Assembly: GCA_032718475.1 (NCBI GenBank)
Contig: JAUCBJ010008555.1
Location: 62,001 to 126,000 of the forward strand
Direction of reading: 5' to 3'
Source of the DNA: Nemertoderma westbladi
Taxonomy: Eukaryota; Animalia; Xenacoelomorpha
DNA: 64,000 nt
The notes under the pieces were generated by a model, which was given only the letters and a program-made list of their open reading frames with translations, did not search any database and was not told where the DNA came from. Positions 40,301 through 46,300 of the stretch are shown here, piece by piece. The position numbers and the translations under genes are program-made. The stretch's first letter is position 1. Every line of letters begins with the position of its first letter.

Positions 40301-43300
40301 TTATAGTACCGAAAGTAAGTTTATAGTACCGTTAGTAAGTTTATAGTACCGATAGTAAGTTTATAGTACCGAAAGTAAGTACCGATAGTAAACTTATAGT
40401 ACCGATAGTAAGGTTATAGTACCGATAGTAAGTTTACTGTATAGTACCGATAGTAAGTTTATAGTACCGAAAGTAAGTACCGATAGTAAACTTATAGTAC
40501 CGATAGTAAGGTTATAGTACCGATAGTAAGTTTACTGTATAGTACCGATAGTAAGTTTATAGTACCGAAAGTAAGTACCGATAGTAAACTTATAGTACCG
40601 ATAGTAAGGTTATAGTACCGATAGTAAGTTTATAGTACCGAAAGTATAGTACCGATAGTAAGTTTATAGTACCGATATTAAGTTTATAGTACCGATAGTA
40701 AGTTTATAGTACCGATAGTAAGTTTATAGTACCGATAGTAAGTTTATAGTACCGATAGTAAGTTTATAGTACCGATAGTTAGTTTATAGTACCGATAGTA
40801 AACTTATAGTACCGATAGTAAGGTTATAGTACCGATAGTAAGTTTACTGTATAGTACCGATAGTAAGTTTATAGTACCGAAAGTATAGTACCGATAGTAA
40901 GTTTATAGTACCGATAGTAAGTTTATAGTACCGATAGTTAGTTTATAGTACCGATAGTAAACTTATAGTACCGATAGTAAGGTTATAGTACCGATAGTAA
41001 GTTTACTGTATAGTACCGATAGTAAGTTTATAGTACCGAAAGTATAGTACCGATAGTAAGTTTATAGTACCGAAAGTATAGTACCGATAGTACGTTTATA
41101 GTACCGATAGTAAGTTTATAGTACCGTTAGTAAGTTTATAGTACCGAAAGTAACTTTATAGTACCGATAGGAAGTTTATAGTACCGATAGCAAGTTTATA
41201 GTACCGATAGTAAGTTTCTAGTACCGATAGTAAGTTTATAGTACCGAAAGTAACTTTATAGTACCGATAGTAAGTTTATAGTACCGATAGTAAGTTTATA
41301 GTACCGATAGTAAGTTTATAGTACCGATAGCAAGTTTATAGTACCGATAGTAAGTTTATAGTACCGATAGTAAGTTTATAGTACCGATAGTAAGTTTATA
41401 GTACCGATAGTAAGTTTATAGTACCGATAGTAAGTTTATAGTACCGATAGTAAGTTTATAGTACCGATAGTAAGTTTATAGTACCGATAGTAAGTTTATA
41501 GTACCGATAGTAAGTTTATTTTTACCGATAGTAAGTTTATAGTACCGATAGTAAGTTTATAGTACCGATAGTAAGTTTATAGTACCGATAGTAAGTTTAT
41601 AGTACCGATAGTAAGTTTATAGTACCGTTAGTAAGTTTATAGTTTGTTTGTAAGATTATTGTCCGGATAGTGAGTTTGATAATGGTTTAGATCAATAAGT
41701 CCCTTGTCATGTATTTATCATCAATATTCAGTAGTTTCTTTCATGCCGAGAGAAATTAATGCAAAATTAGTTTTTATGTACAGTGCAATATTATTACAGT
41801 ATTATAAGTTTGTAAGTAGTGTACTAAAACTACAACTGAATTTCTTTCAGTTTGTACATTAGGCTCACACTACCACAATACCAATACCAGCATGCATACA
41901 TCTTGCTACATTTAGCATTACACTAAAAAAATGATCAGCCAATTAGATTGGGTTTTGCAGAAGTCGGGGAAACACGAAAAGATTACAAAACTGGCCATTC
42001 AGGGCCACCATATTACACTACGAATTTATCGTTTGGTAATAATGAGTCAGAATTACTATTACTAAAATTACGCAATGTAACCCACGTATTTATCTCCAGC
42101 TGTTTGTTTCAATCACGTCTGCCCTAACCACGGGGTATGCTATGCTATCGCCGATGGTGTCCCTGGATGCCGATGTCTCACCTGTGTCGGAGTACCTGTG
42201 GACCCAGTCTGCGGTTCGGATGGAATTACCTACAACTCTGAATGCCAGCTCAAGCGATTGTCGTGTCGCAACAGCATTTCGGTTACTATGGTGAAGAGTG
42301 GATCTTGTAGTGATGGTAAGCTAATTAATACATTACTTGTAGAGTTTGGATCGTCGTTTGGCGAAGAATTATTTACTTACAGTATTATTATTACCTTTAG
42401 GTTTGTAATTATTAGTAATTGCGTTACCGTATTACCCTGTACTGGTTGTAGTTGCGTTACCGTATTTGTTTTTTTTGTACCTGTAGGCTACGCCCACAGT
42501 CAATGTATCTATTTAATATTTATAACCATAAATGTTACAGCAATTAAGCACAATAACAACATTTAAGCACATTCATTAGCCTAATATTACAAACATAATT
42601 ATAAACTAATTTTTATTATTAAATAATCTTACCGGTAAATTTATTAAATCACGAAAATGAGCAATTATAGACCTCTATTTATAAAAAAAAGAAACACCGC
42701 ATGGTCCCTCCAATCTTACACCACCCGCGCGTCCGCAATGGCTACCAAGATTGAGGTATCAGCCATATCAAGCATCGCCTTAGTGTCGATCTGCTTCCGT
42801 GAACACACATTATTACCGAACGTAATAAAACGAAGCTGATTTTGCGGCGAAGCCACTGAATCGCTTCATTGTAGCTGATCTATCTCTTCACTGCTAGCTA
42901 ATGAGCGAGACGTTTGGTGAAGATACGTGCACTCTGACCCATTCCTCCAGTAGCCGCTAGAATGAAAGGACAGAACGTTGACATTCTACATCCCGAACCC
43001 GCTCTTCATATTGGGCCCCCTTTCGGTTCTCGTGATGGTTATAAGCTCTATCGACGCCCAAAGAAGAATTGGACGGTGCTAGGGGGTTTTAAATACAGAA
43101 ATATCGATCAACAGTTTCTCATAACGACCTCCCCAGAAACCACTGACAGATACATCTAACCGAGCACCCTCATCCCTTGTGGTTGTAGAGCGATGGAATG
43201 TTTCCCAGGTGATTGTTGGAGTACAGGCTCGATTGAAATGTCATGAGCAACCTCGGTTAACGTGTTTTCAATGAAATCTCTGATTTCATTGTGACGGACC

Positions 43301-46300
43301 GACGGAAATCCACCTGTGGGGCATGATAAAACATGGTTTACTGTGAACCGCCCCCCACAGGCACATTCCACTGGTGTCACCTGCAACTGCCATCCGAACC
43401 TAAGCTGGATCGCATCCCTGAACTCTGACTAGGTGAGGTGATAGTTGTGCTGGGTTGATGGTCTGGTGTTGAGCCAAGCCGATGCTCCCTTCTGTGAAGA
43501 TAAGATTCGTAGTTTTTCCTGCACTGGGGATATTGCGACCTGTATACTTTGTATTTCTTCTGCAACCCTTGTGTTTTGCTCCAATTTGATAGCTTTGGAT
43601 GCTTCTTTCTGTTTTTCCCTGACATCGGCCATTGTATCCATCAATTCAATTCGCTCCATCAATGGCTCACTGATGGCTCTTGAGTTATCGTATTCCTTAC
43701 TAAGATCTGATGGAATGGGTATGCCGAGTCCTCCCAATCTTGTTAGCAGCGCTATTAGTTTCTGTTCAGTTTCAGATAAGTTTACTCTGTTCCCCAATTT
43801 CATTAGGAAAGTCTTGACTGCCTCGTCGAGTGGTGCCAATAGCAGCTCGATGTTGGGGATTACCCGACAAATGAACCGCCACTTCGCAGAGAGTCCTAAG
43901 GAAAGACAGGTAAATGCACAATGCGGGTCAATGTCTGCGATCGGACTCAATCGCTCCACCTGTCGAACAAAAGACTCGACCTTATCAAGAACAAACTGCC
44001 GAATGGAATCGTCGCTACCAACAGCACCGCCCAGGATCCTATGACCACCTGCAGATATCTGCACATTTGTTCCTGCATACAGCATCCTCGCCTCTTCTAA
44101 TAACTCGAGTTTTACTATTAACCAAGTTTTTGAGGCATTTGGAAAATACCCTTATTTAGGTCCCCATTCGACCAATTCTCATATCCTAATATTTTCTTGG
44201 TTGTTTTAGACGACCGCTAGCATTGGCGTCATCGGCAAACCACTTCTGGGAAGTGGTGGTTACGGCGCCGAGTCTATCAATGAGGAGAGTGATGCACAGT
44301 CCATATCCAGGCATTGCCACTGGACATCCCTGAGTCATTCCTTCAGAGACATGATGGATTCTCCATCTATAAACAATTTGGATGGTTTTTTATAGTAGTT
44401 AAGCATTGCCTTGTGCAAAGAGGGCCATATGTAATATATGTTATTTGTTGTATGGAGTGTATGTGTTGGTGTATGGAGTTTGGGTTGGGCAGTTTTTCTG
44501 GACAACTCTCAATTCATTTATATTTTATTGGTCTAACGTTGCAGCAGCGAAAGAGCGAAGAATTACACAGCTTCGTTTGCAAAAGAAACTGTCGGTTTTG
44601 AGAACGGTCGAGACGAAAAGAAAGCTGGAGAATTTGCCCTTTTGGCTTGTTAGGGAAAGATTGAAATACGAAGATGAAAATCTACCGGTTCGCGGGGGTT
44701 TATTGGCAGTGGTCAATTTATCTTCGACTGCTTTATCAGGCGAGGAGAAATCACTCCTCTCGCGAGGTTTTAAGTTTGTACCGACGAGGAAACAGAAGGA
44801 AGATGATATCTCATATTGGAGTTTCAAAGTTAGCAGCAAGACTTAGATCACGGATAAACTGGCAAGATCCCCAGGCGGACACGATCATAATGGAGTCAGT
44901 TTCTGACGATACGGAGAACATAGACGACACCGGGGCTGTAGTTACATTGGGTTCAGGTAGGATCTACGAGCTCGCGCGGGACGATATCCCGGATTATATT
45001 TTGGAATTTTTACAATTCCGGGTACCTTATAAGACTAGATACGTGGCGCCTAGATGTAATGATACTGTTGTCGAAGGGTTTATTCAACAGCTTCATTCTC
45101 GTTTGGACCAATTGGGTATATCAACAGCGAACAAGAAGACCCAATCAAACGTATCGAAGAGTGAACAGAAGGCCCTACGAGTTTTAAAGAATAGAGAAGA
45201 TTTAGCAATTGTTCGCGGCGATAAAACTCACAGCATTATTTTTTGAACCAGGACGAGAAGCAAAGAGAAATAGACAGACTCCTCGGAGACACGGACACGT
45301 ACGAACTACTTAAACGAAACCCAACAAATAAGTTTTGAGCGGAACTAAAGAGAACCGTAAACCGATTTAATTCCAAGCAATCCCGACGTGGGATACGTCT
45401 TTCCCTTATTCAAAGATCATAAACTGATAGATGAGTGGATCGAGTGGGAAGACGGGAAGATAATTCCTAAAGCTCGACTTATAGTTTCTTCCACAGGAAC
45501 TTTGTCCGAGCCTTTAGGCAAGTTCCTCGAGCATATATTGAACCCTATTCTGGTGAAAGAGTCTTCTTATACGAAGGGATCTTGGGATTCATCGTCGAGA
45601 ATTCCACAAAGGTTAGAAGATGGTTGTACATTTCTATCCTTGGACGTTTGTGAAATGTATCCAAGTATACATCATGATTTAGCTCTAGAAGGAGTCAGGT
45701 CGACACTTACGCAAGAGGATTTTGATAACAGGAGTGGATATACAGTCTCACAGGTGACTGATGCTCTCATATTTGTTAACTCACAACTACTTCTGGAACA
45801 ACGGTTTCTACTACGTCATGAAGAGAGGTGTAGGGATGGGAGCTCCCTACGGGAAATCAGTCAGCGTAATTACCGTCGAAAGAATTCACAAGCACGTTAG
45901 CTAAGTAACTTTACACAGTGCGATATTTTTGGATGTTTTTGTGGACGACGCGGAAGCGATCTTTGATGCAGTCTTATCAGAGGGAGAGGAGGGTAAAGAT
46001 AGTATCAGAGACTCGTCAACCAGGTATGTATGGAAGTATACGGCACAGATGATATTAGATTCACCATCTATTTTTCACAGACCCAAGCAATTTTTCTGGA
46101 TCTAGAGTTGAGGTACGATAAATATACAAAGGCAGTCACTCGGGGGGTATAAGATACCAAGGCAGTCACTCGGGGGGTATAAGATACAAAGGCAGTCACT
46201 CGGGGGGTATAAGATACTAAGGCAGTCACTCGGGGGGTATATTTCAAGCCCCAGTCAAAGAAGTATCCGTTACCATTCGATCGTTTTCATAACAAAAAAG

